Source: Planctomycetota bacterium
GTDB taxonomy: Bacteria; Planctomycetota; MHYJ01; WSZJ01
Reading direction: 5' to 3'
DNA: 46,363 nt
NCBI GenBank assembly: GCA_038060895.1
Contig: JBBTCT010000041.1
Span: forward strand, 1-46,363
Shown here: in pieces, positions 36,728 to 46,363 of the stretch
Position numbering within the stretch: position 1 is the first letter of the stretch
Layout of the letters: each line of letters begins with the position of its first letter
Notes under the pieces: generated by a model
Database searches by the model: none
What the model was told of the DNA's origin: nothing
What the model saw: the letters and a program-made list of their open reading frames with translations, nothing else
Translations under genes and position numbers: made by a program

Positions 36728-36967
36728 GGAGCATCCTTCCTATGGGAGTGATCGGGAATCACTGTGCAGGAGTATACGCACAAGGGGCCCGGAGTGTTCC
36801 CGCGTGGACATTCCCGGGAGCTTTTTCATGTCCACGAACCGTGCCCGTCCAGGCCACGCCTGCGGCGGGATGTTTCTTGCGCATCACTCGGCGCGAGGGC
36901 GCGCCCCTGAACGCCCCCAACGCAATACACCCCCCGCCCGTTTTTTGCCTTGGGTATCATCCGTCGG

Positions 36968-39172
36968 ATGAGATTCCTCCCAGCGCTCCTTCTCTTTCTG
37001 GCCTCAGGATCGGTCGTAGCGGATCAGCCTGCCTGGGAACCCGACGCGAAAGCGCTTCTTGAAGGCGTGAAAGAAATCGCCGGCCCTGGCGCGCCCGGCA
37101 CCGTCGCCACGTGGGGGCCGAAGGCGTTCCCCGTCGTCCTCGCCGGCGACGCCTGGGAAAAGGTGCCCGTCGTCGCGGCGGCGCAGTTCGGGCGGGGGCG
37201 GGTCGTGGCGTTCGCTCACGACGGGTACGGCTCGGCGGACGCGATGGAAAAGGCCGACACGGGAACGCTCATGCTCAACGCCGTCCGATGGGCGGCGGGA
37301 ACGGCGCGGAAGCTGAAGGTCGGGGTTGTGGGAAGCGACCTCGCCGCGTTCCTGAATGCGAAATCGATCGAAGCTGTGAAGATCGAGCCGGCGAAGGCGG
37401 CGCTTTCCCTGGGCGGTCTCGACGTCGTCTGCGTGTTTCATTCCGACCTCGGTCCTGCGGCGATCGAAGCACTGGATCGCTTCATTGCCGACGGCAACGG
37501 CCTGGTCGCCGGGGTGACGGGGTGGGGGTGGTCGCAGGTGCACGGCGGCGCCGACGTCCGCACGAACCCACTGAACCGGCTCATCGCGCCCGCTGGGCTG
37601 GCGTGGACGGCGGATTTTGCGAAGAAGACGAGCGGCGACGGGTTCGCGGCCGGCGAGGTCCCCGACGGGTTGTCGCACGCCGGCATCGCGATCGACACGC
37701 TGGAGTGGTTCGTGGAGAAGTCTGAGGGCGGGTTCCCCGCCGGGCAGCTGGCCCAGGCCGAAGCTGCCGCCCTCGCCGCGGTGCGCGTGCTTCCCGCCGA
37801 AGCATCCGACCTGCGTGCGCGGCTCTCACGACTTTCCCGCGACCGCGCCACGCATCTTGTTCCGACCGAGAAGACGCCGCTCACCGTCCTCGACGGCCTC
37901 GATCGCTTTCTCCTGACGGCGCAGGTCGAAGACGCCCGCCTCCAGCCACCGGAAAAAGTCCCCGCCCTTGCCGCCGCCGCCGCGTTTCCCGGCGCCGTGC
38001 CGAAGGACGCCCGCCCCGTCGAGCGCGACCTGGCAATGGATGCCGCCGTTCCCGACTGGCACTCCACCGGTCTTTACGTGCCCCCCGGGCAGCCCGTGAC
38101 CGTCACCGTCCCCGACGCCGCGGCCGCCGCGAAACTCGTGCTTCGCATTGGAGCTCATTCGGACACTATCTTCCACGTCAAGCAGTGGACGCGCGCTCCC
38201 GACGTCACCGCCGAATTCCCTATCGCCGCCGTCCGGACCACGGTCGCCTCTCCCTTCGGCGGCCTCCTCTACCTCGTCGTCCCCGACGGCTGCGCGCTCG
38301 GAAAATTCTCGATCCACGTGTCCGGCGCGGTCGAAGCGCCCTTCTACATCCTGGGCAAGACGACGCTGGATTCCTGGAAGCGGCTCCGGTCGGCGCCCGG
38401 GCCGTGGGCGGAACTGGGATCGGAGAAGGTCATCCTGACGGTGCCCTCCTCGTGCATCCGCGACCTCGACGACCCGAAGTCGCTCATGGAATTCTGGGAC
38501 CGCGTCCTCGACGCGGCCGCGGACCTCGCGAGGATCCCGAAAGAGCGCAAGCGCCCGGAGCGCTACGTCGCCGACATCGAGATTAGCGCCGGGTACATGC
38601 ACGCCGGCTATCCAATCATGACGCACCTCGACGCGGCGCCGCGAATGGTGAGCCTCGCGAAGATGCAAAAGGGCGACTGGGGGCTCTTCCACGAACTCGG
38701 TCACAACCACCAGGTCAGCGACTGGACCTTCGAGGGCACGGGCGAAGTCACCTGCAACCTCTGGTCGCTCTACCTTTCCGAAACGCTCTGCAACCTCAAG
38801 CCGGAGGAGGCGCACGAAGCGCTGAAGGACCGCGAAAAGCGCGCGCGCGAGCACTGCCGCAACGGCGCCGATTTCGCGAAATGGAAAGACGACCCGTTTC
38901 TCGCGCTCATGATGTACGTGCAGCTCAGGGAGCAGTTCGGGTGGGAGCCTTTCAAGGAGGCCTTCGCGGCCTACCGGGCGCTCCCCGCGGCGGAGCGCCC
39001 GCTGACCGACCAGGAAAAGCGCGACCAGTGGTTGGTCCGGTTCAGCCGTGCGGCGAAGAAAGACCTTGGGCCGTACTTTGATGTGTGGGGAGTCCCGACG
39101 TCTGCCGAGGCCCGTGAATCGCTGAAGAAATTGCCGCGATGGATGCCGGCGGATTTTCCCGGGCGTAAGTAG
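36968..39172 (+). CDS. Secreted M60-family metallopeptidase (TCAF/FAM115-like)
   Basis: Signal peptide; WHSTGLY.PPG, PFGGLLY, PWAEL, ISAGYMHAGYP, WGLFHELGHN and GEVTCN. Confidence 0.92.
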   Translation: MRFLPALLLFLASGSVVADQPAWEPDAKALLEGVKEIAGPGAPGTVATWGPKAFPVVLAGDAWEKVPVVAAAQFGRGRVVAFAHDGYGSADAMEKADTGTLMLNAVRWAAGTARKLKVGVVGSDLAAFLNAKSIEAVKIEPAKAALSLGGLDVVCVFHSDLGPAAIEALDRFIADGNGLVAGVTGWGWSQVHGGADVRTNPLNRLIAPAGLAWTADFAKKTSGDGFAAGEVPDGLSHAGIAIDTLEWFVEKSEGGFPAGQLAQAEAAALAAVRVLPAEASDLRARLSRLSRDRATHLVPTEKTPLTVLDGLDRFLLTAQVEDARLQPPEKVPALAAAAAFPGAVPKDARPVERDLAMDAAVPDWHSTGLYVPPGQPVTVTVPDAAAAAKLVLRIGAHSDTIFHVKQWTRAPDVTAEFPIAAVRTTVASPFGGLLYLVVPDGCALGKFSIHVSGAVEAPFYILGKTTLDSWKRLRSAPGPWAELGSEKVILTVPSSCIRDLDDPKSLMEFWDRVLDAAADLARIPKERKRPERYVADIEISAGYMHAGYPIMTHLDAAPRMVSLAKMQKGDWGLFHELGHNHQVSDWTFEGTGEVTCNLWSLYLSETLCNLKPEEAHEALKDREKRAREHCRNGADFAKWKDDPFLALMMYVQLREQFGWEPFKEAFAAYRALPAAERPLTDQEKRDQWLVRFSRAAKKDLGPYFDVWGVPTSAEARESLKKLPRWMPADFPGRK

Positions 39173-39295
39173 AGGCTGGCAGAGGCTGCGGAGGCTGGCA
39201 GAGGCTGCGGAGGCTGCGGAGGCTAAGCGGCTTGCGAGGGAGTTGGTCTGGACCAGGCGCGCAGTTCAGATGAGGTCGTTAGCCTCCTCCAGCCT
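39171..39295. repeat. 9/10-nt GAGGCTG repeat with inverted partner
   Basis: About six GAGGCT units at 39172-39226 ending ggaggctaa; ttagcctcctccagcct at 39279-39295. Confidence 0.75.
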
Positions 39296-39821
39296 AGCTC
39301 CGTCTAGCGGGCTCCATGGGCTTGCTGCGCTTCCCATCAATCGACAGCAGCTTCGCTTTGTCCCAGATGAATTCCTGCCGCGTCGTGCCGACCGGGAAGT
39401 ACTCCTCGACGAGCTCGATCGCTTCGCAGGGACAGGCTTCCTCGCAGAAGCCGCAGTTGATGCAGCGCAGGAAGTTCAGCTCGAAGGTGGCGGGGCGCTT
39501 GTCGCGGTCTTTCCACTCGCCCGGCGCGGGCTCGGCGACGATGCGGATGCACTCGGCGGGACAGGCGGTCGCACAGAGGAAGCAGGCGACGCACTTCTCT
39601 CGATTCTGCGAATCCTTCGTCAGTCGAATGATCCCCCGGTAGCCCGCCTTCAGGCCCTTCTTCTCCTCCGGGTACTGGATCGTGAACGACTTCCCGAAGA
39701 GCGAATTCACCATGTGCTTCATGGTGTGCCCCAGCCCGCGCGCGATCTCCGGCAGGTAGAGCTTCTCCCAGAAGGACTCGCCGGGGGCGGTGACGGGTTC
39801 GTGCGCGGGGGCGTGACTCAT
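39294..39821 (-). CDS. nuoI: NADH-quinone oxidoreductase subunit I
   Basis: TIQYPEEK..YRG; two 4Fe-4S motifs CVACFLCATACP and CINCGFCEEACP. Confidence 0.92.
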   Translation of the reverse strand: MSHAPAHEPVTAPGESFWEKLYLPEIARGLGHTMKHMVNSLFGKSFTIQYPEEKKGLKAGYRGIIRLTKDSQNREKCVACFLCATACPAECIRIVAEPAPGEWKDRDKRPATFELNFLRCINCGFCEEACPCEAIELVEEYFPVGTTRQEFIWDKAKLLSIDGKRSKPMEPARRS

Positions 39822-39934
39822 GGGAAAAGAAGGCTAGCAGCGGGGTGGGGAAGAGGCAACAAGCGGGGCATCAAAGGGTGCATGGCCGGTCTTGCAAGGT
39901 CTGACGATCGCCCGGGTCGGAGAGATTCCGTGTC

Positions 39935-40035
39935 CCTCCGTTCTCCGTGTTCATGCCGCTCTTTCCGCCCCCTGAGAGCACCCCCCCGTAGTCATTGCAA
40001 TAGCAACGTACACGGAAAACACGGAGGAACGGAGG
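39935..40035. repeat. Inverted repeat of (C/A)ACGGAG units
   Basis: cctccgttctccgtgtt (from 39935) versus aacacggaggaacggagg (to 40035). Confidence 0.7.
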
Positions 40036-40047
40036 CACCACCCGGCA

Positions 40048-40539
40048 TCAAGTCATGGGCCAGAGCGTCGGTGAATCGCGCCGCTCGAGTTCGAGGAGTT
40101 TTTTCTTCCGCGGCAGCCCGCCTCCGAATCCCGTCAGCGAACCGTCGGCGCCGATGACGCGGTGGCAGGGGACGACGATCGCGATCGGGTTCGCGCCGTT
40201 GGCGAGGCCGACGGCGCGAAAACCTTTCGGGCTGCCGACGTACTGCGCGATGTCCGCGTAGGAGCGGGTTTCGCCGTAGGGGATCTCGCGAAGCGCTTCC
40301 CAGACCTTGAGCTGGAAGGGCGTGCCTTGCGGGGCGAGGGGGAGGTCGAAACGAGTGCGGGCGCCGATGAAATACTCCTCGAGCTGCTTTTTCGCCTTTC
40401 GAAGGACCGGCGCGCGGTCGTCGCGCTTCCAGTCCCGGGAGATCGTGGCCGGGGCCATGTGGAGTCCGGTCAGCGCGCTTCCGTCGGTCGTGAGAGTGAG
40501 GTCGCCGATCGGGGATTTCATGGTCGTGTAGCTCGTCAT
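40048..40539 (-). CDS. ogt: Methylated-DNA--protein-cysteine methyltransferase
   Basis: SPIGDL, GTPFQ..VW..L.EIPYGET.SY, RAVG.ANGANP, VPCHRVIG. Confidence 0.96.
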   Translation of the reverse strand: MTSYTTMKSPIGDLTLTTDGSALTGLHMAPATISRDWKRDDRAPVLRKAKKQLEEYFIGARTRFDLPLAPQGTPFQLKVWEALREIPYGETRSYADIAQYVGSPKGFRAVGLANGANPIAIVVPCHRVIGADGSLTGFGGGLPRKKKLLELERRDSPTLWPMT

Positions 40540-41939
40540 GGTTTCTCCAGTCCTTGCCAGAGCGCGATCGCGGCGTAGGCGCGCCAGGGGCGCCATTTTT
40601 CCGCGATCGCGAGGATTTTCACAGGGTTGTCGGTGCGCAGTGCGCGACGGATGCCGAGGTCGGTGTGGGGGAAGGCGTCGGGCCAGGCGAGGGTGCGCAT
40701 CGCGATGTACTCCGCGGTCCAGGGGCCGATTCCGGGAATGGAGCAGAGGCGCGCCCTCGTTTCCTCGACGTCGCTCCCGGGTGCGAGGCGGATCCGGCCG
40801 CCCCGAATCGCGCGGGCGAGGGCGACGATGCAGCGCGCGCGTTGCGACACGATCCCGAGCGACGCGATGCGCGACGGACGGAGGGCGGCGACGCGGGCGG
40901 CGGTGGGCCACGCATGAGTGAGCGCTGCGTGCGGCGTCTCGACGGGCTCGCCGAACGCCCGCACGAATCTCCCCGCGAGCGTCGTGGCCGCGCTCACCGT
41001 GACCTGCTGGCCGAGCACCGCACGCACTGCGACTTCGAACCCCTCGAACGCTCCCGGGACCCGCAGACCGGGAAGCGCGAGTCTTCCGAGCTGCGAAGCG
41101 ATGCGCCGCGGCTCCGCGCCGAGATCGAAAAGCCGCTTCACCCCGCCGAGGATGGCCGGAAGCGCCGGCGTCAGCGACGCTGCCATCTCGACCCGCAGCG
41201 TGCGCCGCCGCGCGTCGTGGCCAACTGCGATCCAGCCGGCACCGACGGTGCGCAGGAACCGCCCGTCCTGCACGGCTTCCGCACCCGCTGCCGTGCGGCG
41301 CCCGAGGAACCGGAGCAGCCCGTCCCAATCGAGCGGCGGGCGGTAGGCGAGGTCGCAAGTCAGGGCCGCGGACGGCGCGATTCTGTGCCGGCGAATGTCA
41401 CGAGGCTTCAGTCGATACCGGGACTTGAAAAGTGCATTGAAGCGCCGCAGGCTCCCGAAGCCGCTCGAGAAGGCCACCTTCGTCATCGACAGGGAAGAGT
41501 CGGTCAGCAGCCGCTTCGCCAGCAGAAGCCGCTGCGTCTGGGCCAGCTCGACCGGCGACACGCCGAATTCCGCTTCGACGACGCGGCGAAGGTGGCGCCC
41601 GGTGATCCCGAACTCGCGGGCCAACCGTTCGACGCTCTGCCCCGACAACGCCCCTTCTTCAATCCGCCCCGCCGCTGCCACCGCGATCCGGCTGGCGGCA
41701 TCGACCGGCGCATTTCCTGGCGCGAGTTCGGGCCGGCAGCGCAGGCACGGCCGGTACCCCTCGCGCTCCGCTGCCGCAGCGGCCGGGAAGAACTCGCAGT
41801 TGCGCCTCAGCGGCGTGCGCGCCGGGCAGACCGTGCGGCAGTAAACGCCGGTCGACTTTACGCCGACGAAGAAGACGCCGTCGAAGCGCGGGTCGTGCGC
41901 CGTGAGCGCGCGGTAGCAGTGTTCGGGGGCGAGGTCCAC
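40536..41939 (-). CDS. alkA: Ada Zn-binding/AraC-AlkA fusion (3-methyladenine glycosylase II)
   Basis: STGVYCRTVC..RPCLRCRP, AraC HTH, VLGQQV, GIGPWTAEY..DAFP..D; ATGA overlap with ogt. Confidence 0.93.
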   Translation of the reverse strand: MDLAPEHCYRALTAHDPRFDGVFFVGVKSTGVYCRTVCPARTPLRRNCEFFPAAAAAEREGYRPCLRCRPELAPGNAPVDAASRIAVAAAGRIEEGALSGQSVERLAREFGITGRHLRRVVEAEFGVSPVELAQTQRLLLAKRLLTDSSLSMTKVAFSSGFGSLRRFNALFKSRYRLKPRDIRRHRIAPSAALTCDLAYRPPLDWDGLLRFLGRRTAAGAEAVQDGRFLRTVGAGWIAVGHDARRRTLRVEMAASLTPALPAILGGVKRLFDLGAEPRRIASQLGRLALPGLRVPGAFEGFEVAVRAVLGQQVTVSAATTLAGRFVRAFGEPVETPHAALTHAWPTAARVAALRPSRIASLGIVSQRARCIVALARAIRGGRIRLAPGSDVEETRARLCSIPGIGPWTAEYIAMRTLAWPDAFPHTDLGIRRALRTDNPVKILAIAEKWRPWRAYAAIALWQGLEKP

Positions 41940-42038
41940 GCGCCAGTTGTAGCGGAGCGGGGACGGCGCGTCTCGCCGTTTTCGGACATCACAAACGGAA
42001 AGGCTGTTTCACGGGGACGACGAAATTCCCGTCGCAGT

Positions 42039-42464
42039 TCATTTCTCGAGCGCCGCCGCGCGGGTTGCGATCTCGTTCGGCGTGAGATTCTCGATGTGCG
42101 TGTGGATGTACCACTGGTTGCCGCAGGGGTCCTTCACCGCGCCGCTGCGGTCGCCGTAGAACTGGTCTGCAGGTTTGCGCACGACCTTTCCGCCGGCCTT
42201 CACCGCGCTCCGGAACACCGCATCACAGTCCCGGACGTAGAGGCAGAGCGTCGAAGGACGGCCTTTGGGATCCTCGCCCATCATCACCATCGAGTCGCCG
42301 ATCTTCACCTCGGCATGCATCACCGTCCCGCGTGGGCCGTCCACCACGTCGATCGGCCTCGCGCCAAACGCCTTCTGCACGTACGCAAGGAGCTTGCGCG
42401 AGCCCTTCACGGCGAGATAGGGCGTTACGGTGTGATATCCCTTCGGAATCGGGCGCACGGCCAT
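42039..42464 (-). CDS. VOC/PhnB-like glyoxalase family protein
   Basis: PKGYHTVTPYL, HAEVKIGDS, DQFYGDRSG.VKDP.GNQW. Confidence 0.92.
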   Translation of the reverse strand: MAVRPIPKGYHTVTPYLAVKGSRKLLAYVQKAFGARPIDVVDGPRGTVMHAEVKIGDSMVMMGEDPKGRPSTLCLYVRDCDAVFRSAVKAGGKVVRKPADQFYGDRSGAVKDPCGNQWYIHTHIENLTPNEIATRAAALEK

Positions 42465-42506
42465 GGGAGGGTCCTCACGAGTAACGGGAGGCCGGGTATT
42501 CTAGTC

Positions 42507-43373
42507 TTACTTTCCCCGCGTCGCCGCTTCCACGAACTCCGCAATCGCCGCCCGGAGCGGCTTCCCGCCCGATTCCCCAATGTCGTTGTGACGGCAATTC
42601 AACTCGTAGAACTTTTTCGGCTCCGGCGCCGCCTCGAAGACCGCCCGGCCGTGCGCGAAGGGAATCACTTCGTCGCGGTTGCCGTGCACGACGAAAAGCG
42701 GGCACCTCAGCCGCGCCACGTTGCCGGCCGTGTCTATTTTCCCCTTCACGAGAATCGACGTCGGTAGCCACGGGTAGTGAAAATCAGCGATCGCCTTGAG
42801 ATTCCTGAAGGGCGCTTCGAGCACGAGGCACGCGGGCGGCTCGGCTGCGGCGAGCTCGCTGGCGAACCCGCAGCCGAGCGACTCGCCGTGATAGACGAGC
42901 TTCTTGCCCTCTACGTCGGGGCGCTTGCGGAGCCATTCGAGCGCGGCGCGCGCGTCGAGGTAGATGCCCTGCTCGTCGGGCGAGCCCGCGCTGTCGCCGT
43001 AACCGCGGTAGCCGAGCAGGAGGAGGCCCCAACCCTGGTCGGAGCAGTCATGGAGACGGTCGCTGCGGTCGGCGATGTTCCCCGCGTTGCCCTGGAAATA
43101 GAGCACCGTCGGCCGCCCCGGCTTTGGCGGGAGCCACCAGCTCACGAGCCTCACGCCGTCGCTCGCGCTGAACTCGACCCGCTCGACGGACGGGATCTGC
43201 ACCTTCGGCGGCGGCGGGAGGCCGCGGTCGGGGTAGAAGAGCAGCTTGTTCTGGAGGAAGTAAAACAAGAGGAGGATGGTGACCAGCGACACCGCGAGAG
43301 TGACCGCGGCCGTTCTCAGGATGCGCATCAGGAGTCGCGGTTTCTTCACAGGCGCGTCGGGCACGGCTTTCAT
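42507..43373 (-). CDS. Membrane-anchored alpha/beta hydrolase (ABHD13/Bem46-like)
   Basis: TM, Q..LLFYP, GNAGNI, YRGYGDS.G.P.E.G, GESLG, HG..DEVIP, HND. Confidence 0.9.
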   Translation of the reverse strand: MKAVPDAPVKKPRLLMRILRTAAVTLAVSLVTILLLFYFLQNKLLFYPDRGLPPPPKVQIPSVERVEFSASDGVRLVSWWLPPKPGRPTVLYFQGNAGNIADRSDRLHDCSDQGWGLLLLGYRGYGDSAGSPDEQGIYLDARAALEWLRKRPDVEGKKLVYHGESLGCGFASELAAAEPPACLVLEAPFRNLKAIADFHYPWLPTSILVKGKIDTAGNVARLRCPLFVVHGNRDEVIPFAHGRAVFEAAPEPKKFYELNCRHNDIGESGGKPLRAAIAEFVEAATRGK

Positions 43374-43450
43374 TGTACCCCTCTTGGCATGCGTGCCGGC
43401 TTCCCGGCTAAGATGTCGCCGCTTCCAGATCACTCACGGGATTCCACACC

Positions 43451-46306
43451 ATGGCAAAACCCAGCCCCGTCCGCGCCATCGCCGTCGCCATCGGCCTCCT
43501 TCTCGCCCTGCTCCTGCCTCTGTTTGCCCTCCGGTGCAATTCCGCCGTGCGGCGGCCGGACGGCGACGACGACATCACGCTCAAGGCGAAGGAACTCGGG
43601 TTCGATGTGGGGAAGTGCATCGCGTTCGTGGACGACGAGGTGAAATACGAGTCCTACCCGGGATTCCTGCGCGGTCCCACCGGTACGCTGTGGGCCGCCT
43701 CCGGAAGCGACGCCGACCGAGCCGCGCTGCTCAAGGCGCTTCTGGAGCGGTGCGGAGCCGAAGCGGAATTCACGGGCGGACCGTCGTGGGGGGTGCTCGC
43801 CAAAGTGAAAGGCAAGAAACTCCTCATTCCGTGCGGCGAGCGGGGCGCACAAACGGGCGCGGCGAAGGAGCCCGACGCTTCGGAGTTCCCTCTCATCAAG
43901 TTCAGGCTCGGAAGCGGGACAACCTGGATCGAGAAGGAGTGGCGTGTCGCCGACCTTGCGACGGGACAGGTGCTCGTGGTTTTCGACGAGAAAGGGGAGT
44001 CGGCCGGGATCTCCGTCGTCGGGGCCGACGGCGAGCGCGGGAATGCCGGAAGCGGGCGGCTGCCGGTGGCCGGGCTCAAGCGGCTCGACCTCGTGATCGA
44101 GTGCCGTTCCGTGACGGGAACGGTGACGACGCGGACGCGCGAGATTTTCACGCGCGAGTTCGAGGGAACGCCGGCGCGCGTCCACGCCGACAACGTGTAC
44201 TCCATTTTCGTCACGGCCGGCTGGATCCCCGATTACGCCCGGGAGCGCGACAACACGCGCACGAAGAAATGGAAGGACCGCGTTGCCGCCTTCCATCGCC
44301 GCACCGCCTTCAGCTTCCTCGCCCGCTCGGACGCTTTCGCCCGCCAGGCCGCCGCGGGCCTCAAGGTAACGGCCCGTTTCGAAGCGCCCCGGGTCACGAT
44401 CGTCTCCAGCGAGCGCGACGAGGACCGAGTCGTGGTTTCCATCGACCTCCGCAAGAACGACATCCGCTGCGACGGCCCCGCGGAAGCTCGCATCGCGTTC
44501 AACTCGGTGAGGAGCCTTCACGACGGCTCGCTCGAGTCGCAAGTCATCCAGGAAGCCACCGGTGCGGCCGCGACGTCGGCGAACGACCTGCTTGCCAACG
44601 CGTTCACCGGAACGGGAGCAACGCTTTCCGAGCGCCAGGGCAGGATCGAGGCGGCGATTCAGCGAATGTTGACGGAAGCGCCGGCCGGAAGCGTGCTGCG
44701 GGTTACTTGCGGGACGGTGCAACTCGCCATCCGAAAAAACGCGACCGGGGTCGCCATCTGGCTTTCGACTCCAGGCTCTCCCGAAAAAGTGATCGCCGAT
44801 GCACCAGGCCTCGAAGAAATTGCCTCCGCCGTCGTCGCCGAGCTCGCCTCGGGCAACCGGCCGGATGCGCCCCTTCACCTCGACTACTCCGAGCGCGAAG
44901 TTGACCGCTGGTACAAGAACTGCCGCCTCTTCTACCTCTGGGGCGCAGAAAGCCGGCTTGAGTTCGAGAAGCAGTTCACTGCTTTCGAGCCGGCGCTCGA
45001 AATCGTCTCGATCGATTACTACGACCAGATGAGCGAGAAGTGGCTCGACTCGCCCTGGCGCGGGACCTGCTACGTCGCGAAGGAGGATCTGGAGAAGGCC
45101 GACACCTTCACGATCTGGCACATGAACCTGTCGCCGCAGCCGGTCGGGTACACGATCGACATGTTGAGCCGCAGCGCCTTTCGCGAACTGAAGGAAAAGG
45201 GAAGCGTCGTGCTGAAAGTCATCGGCGCCAACGAGGAGAAGCTCGAGCCGATCCGGTTTTTCCTCATGTCGAAACAGCAGCTTTCGATTCCGGTGAACAG
45301 CGAGCCTCGGTCCTTCGACGTCCTGTGGATCGAGGGCGAGTACGAGTCGAAGAACCCGAAGATGCCGAAGGACGGGAAGACTTTCCCCGGGGTCAAGGAC
45401 TCGAAGGGGTTCCTGGTCAGCAACCACTACGTTCTGGACGACCCGGATTACCCGTTCTTCATTCCGTGGACCGGGTTCATCCAGACCTCGGTGCAAGGGA
45501 GGGTCGTCGATGCGGCGACAGGGCACGGGTTGGAGGGCGCGCGGGTCTTCCTTAAGGGGCCGGACGTCACCGGCGTCTCGTGGCCGGGGGGCACCTTCAC
45601 GTTTCCGACGTTCCGGACGCCTTTCGCCGAATTCGAGGTGCGCGCGGAGGCCGACGGGTACGAGCCGTTCGTGACCCGGATCGATTTCCGCGATTCGAAC
45701 GTCTTCCCGCTGCGGCTCGAGCTCATGCCGCTTCGGCAGGGAGAGCCGTTCGCGTTCGTGACGAAGGACACGCTGGCCTCCCTCGCGGACCTCGCGATCG
45801 AGGAGCACTCGAAGTCTCTCATCCGTGCCGCGATCAGCGAGCGGCCGCAGGTCGTCGCGATCGTTCCGCGCTTCGCCGTCGCCGGCGACGCCGGCCCCGT
45901 GGATGCCTGGATGGAGCTCGACGCTTCGACGGGCGAGATTTACGGGCGTATGCAGGACGGCCTGTACGGCGCGTCCTCAGGCGCCGGCTGGAACATCAGC
46001 AACGTCCAGAAGCCGTTCAGGATGCAGCGCAAGGTCCTCAACTACTACTTCGGCCGCATCGCCGCGTGGTACCTGTTCGCGGCCGGCGCGCTCGACTCGG
46101 TGGAGAAGGCGATGGACAATCCCGCGATGACGCTGAAGCAGATGCACAGGAATGCGGCGAAGGTCGCGCGTGATCTCGCGAAGATGTACGACTCGTGGGT
46201 GCTGAATGTTCCCGGCAACCCGATCACCGATCCTTCGTTCCTGAAAGGCCTGAAAGACGGATTGGACTGGGCGGAAAAGTTCTACGGGGAAGCCTGGAAG
46301 GACTGA
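43451..46306 (+). CDS. Large exported multidomain protein (transglutaminase-like N-terminus, carboxypeptidase-regulatory-like domain)
   Basis: N-terminal TM; YESYPGFLRGPTGTL..GSDADRAALLKALL; VQGRVVDAATGHGLEGARV..ADGYEP. Confidence 0.75.
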   Translation: MAKPSPVRAIAVAIGLLLALLLPLFALRCNSAVRRPDGDDDITLKAKELGFDVGKCIAFVDDEVKYESYPGFLRGPTGTLWAASGSDADRAALLKALLERCGAEAEFTGGPSWGVLAKVKGKKLLIPCGERGAQTGAAKEPDASEFPLIKFRLGSGTTWIEKEWRVADLATGQVLVVFDEKGESAGISVVGADGERGNAGSGRLPVAGLKRLDLVIECRSVTGTVTTRTREIFTREFEGTPARVHADNVYSIFVTAGWIPDYARERDNTRTKKWKDRVAAFHRRTAFSFLARSDAFARQAAAGLKVTARFEAPRVTIVSSERDEDRVVVSIDLRKNDIRCDGPAEARIAFNSVRSLHDGSLESQVIQEATGAAATSANDLLANAFTGTGATLSERQGRIEAAIQRMLTEAPAGSVLRVTCGTVQLAIRKNATGVAIWLSTPGSPEKVIADAPGLEEIASAVVAELASGNRPDAPLHLDYSEREVDRWYKNCRLFYLWGAESRLEFEKQFTAFEPALEIVSIDYYDQMSEKWLDSPWRGTCYVAKEDLEKADTFTIWHMNLSPQPVGYTIDMLSRSAFRELKEKGSVVLKVIGANEEKLEPIRFFLMSKQQLSIPVNSEPRSFDVLWIEGEYESKNPKMPKDGKTFPGVKDSKGFLVSNHYVLDDPDYPFFIPWTGFIQTSVQGRVVDAATGHGLEGARVFLKGPDVTGVSWPGGTFTFPTFRTPFAEFEVRAEADGYEPFVTRIDFRDSNVFPLRLELMPLRQGEPFAFVTKDTLASLADLAIEEHSKSLIRAAISERPQVVAIVPRFAVAGDAGPVDAWMELDASTGEIYGRMQDGLYGASSGAGWNISNVQKPFRMQRKVLNYYFGRIAAWYLFAAGALDSVEKAMDNPAMTLKQMHRNAAKVARDLAKMYDSWVLNVPGNPITDPSFLKGLKDGLDWAEKFYGEAWKD

Positions 46307-46307
46307 A

Positions 46308-46363
46308 CGGCGAGCGGGCGAGCGGGCGAGCGGGCGAGCGGGCGAGCGGGCGAGCGGGCGAGC
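46308..46363. repeat. (GGCGAGCG)n tandem repeat running off the window end
   Basis: About seven perfect 8-mer units right after the stop codon; same unit as 1-36. Confidence 0.9.

Noticed and set aside
39171-39295. CRISPR-like array among the intergenic repeats
   Set aside because: Units are 4-10 nt with no unique spacers of constant length, and no cas genes are present.

Overview
High-GC bacterial chromosomal segment, Planctomycetota-like by gene style (inference only). It carries about 42 genes, mostly housekeeping: bamA, truD, class II ribonucleotide reductase nrdJ, def, fabF, an RsuA/RluB-type pseudouridine synthase, recD2, ETF-quinone oxidoreductase, an orphan nuoI and ada/alkA-ogt. It also encodes exported redoxins, hydrolases and a four-gene DUF3592-like array. 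The main find is absent from the ORF track: a 72-codon glutaredoxin-fold gene at 7411-7629 with two in-frame UGA codons (U-P-Y-T active site and C-terminal U-G-V-stop). Each UGA is followed by a GUGA-loop hairpin, so this is a probable double-selenocysteine redoxin lying tail-to-tail with nrdJ. Other points: many intergenic inverted arms built from short-period repeats, one pair bracketing a whole gene; a recurring 25-bp YAA-N4-TTG-N5-CAA-N4-TTG motif; NrdR- and DnaA-like boxes upstream of nrdJ; two decayed toxin genes (internally deleted hicA, PIN fragment); and several apparent pseudo-enzymes. All calls come from reading motifs by eye; no searches were run.
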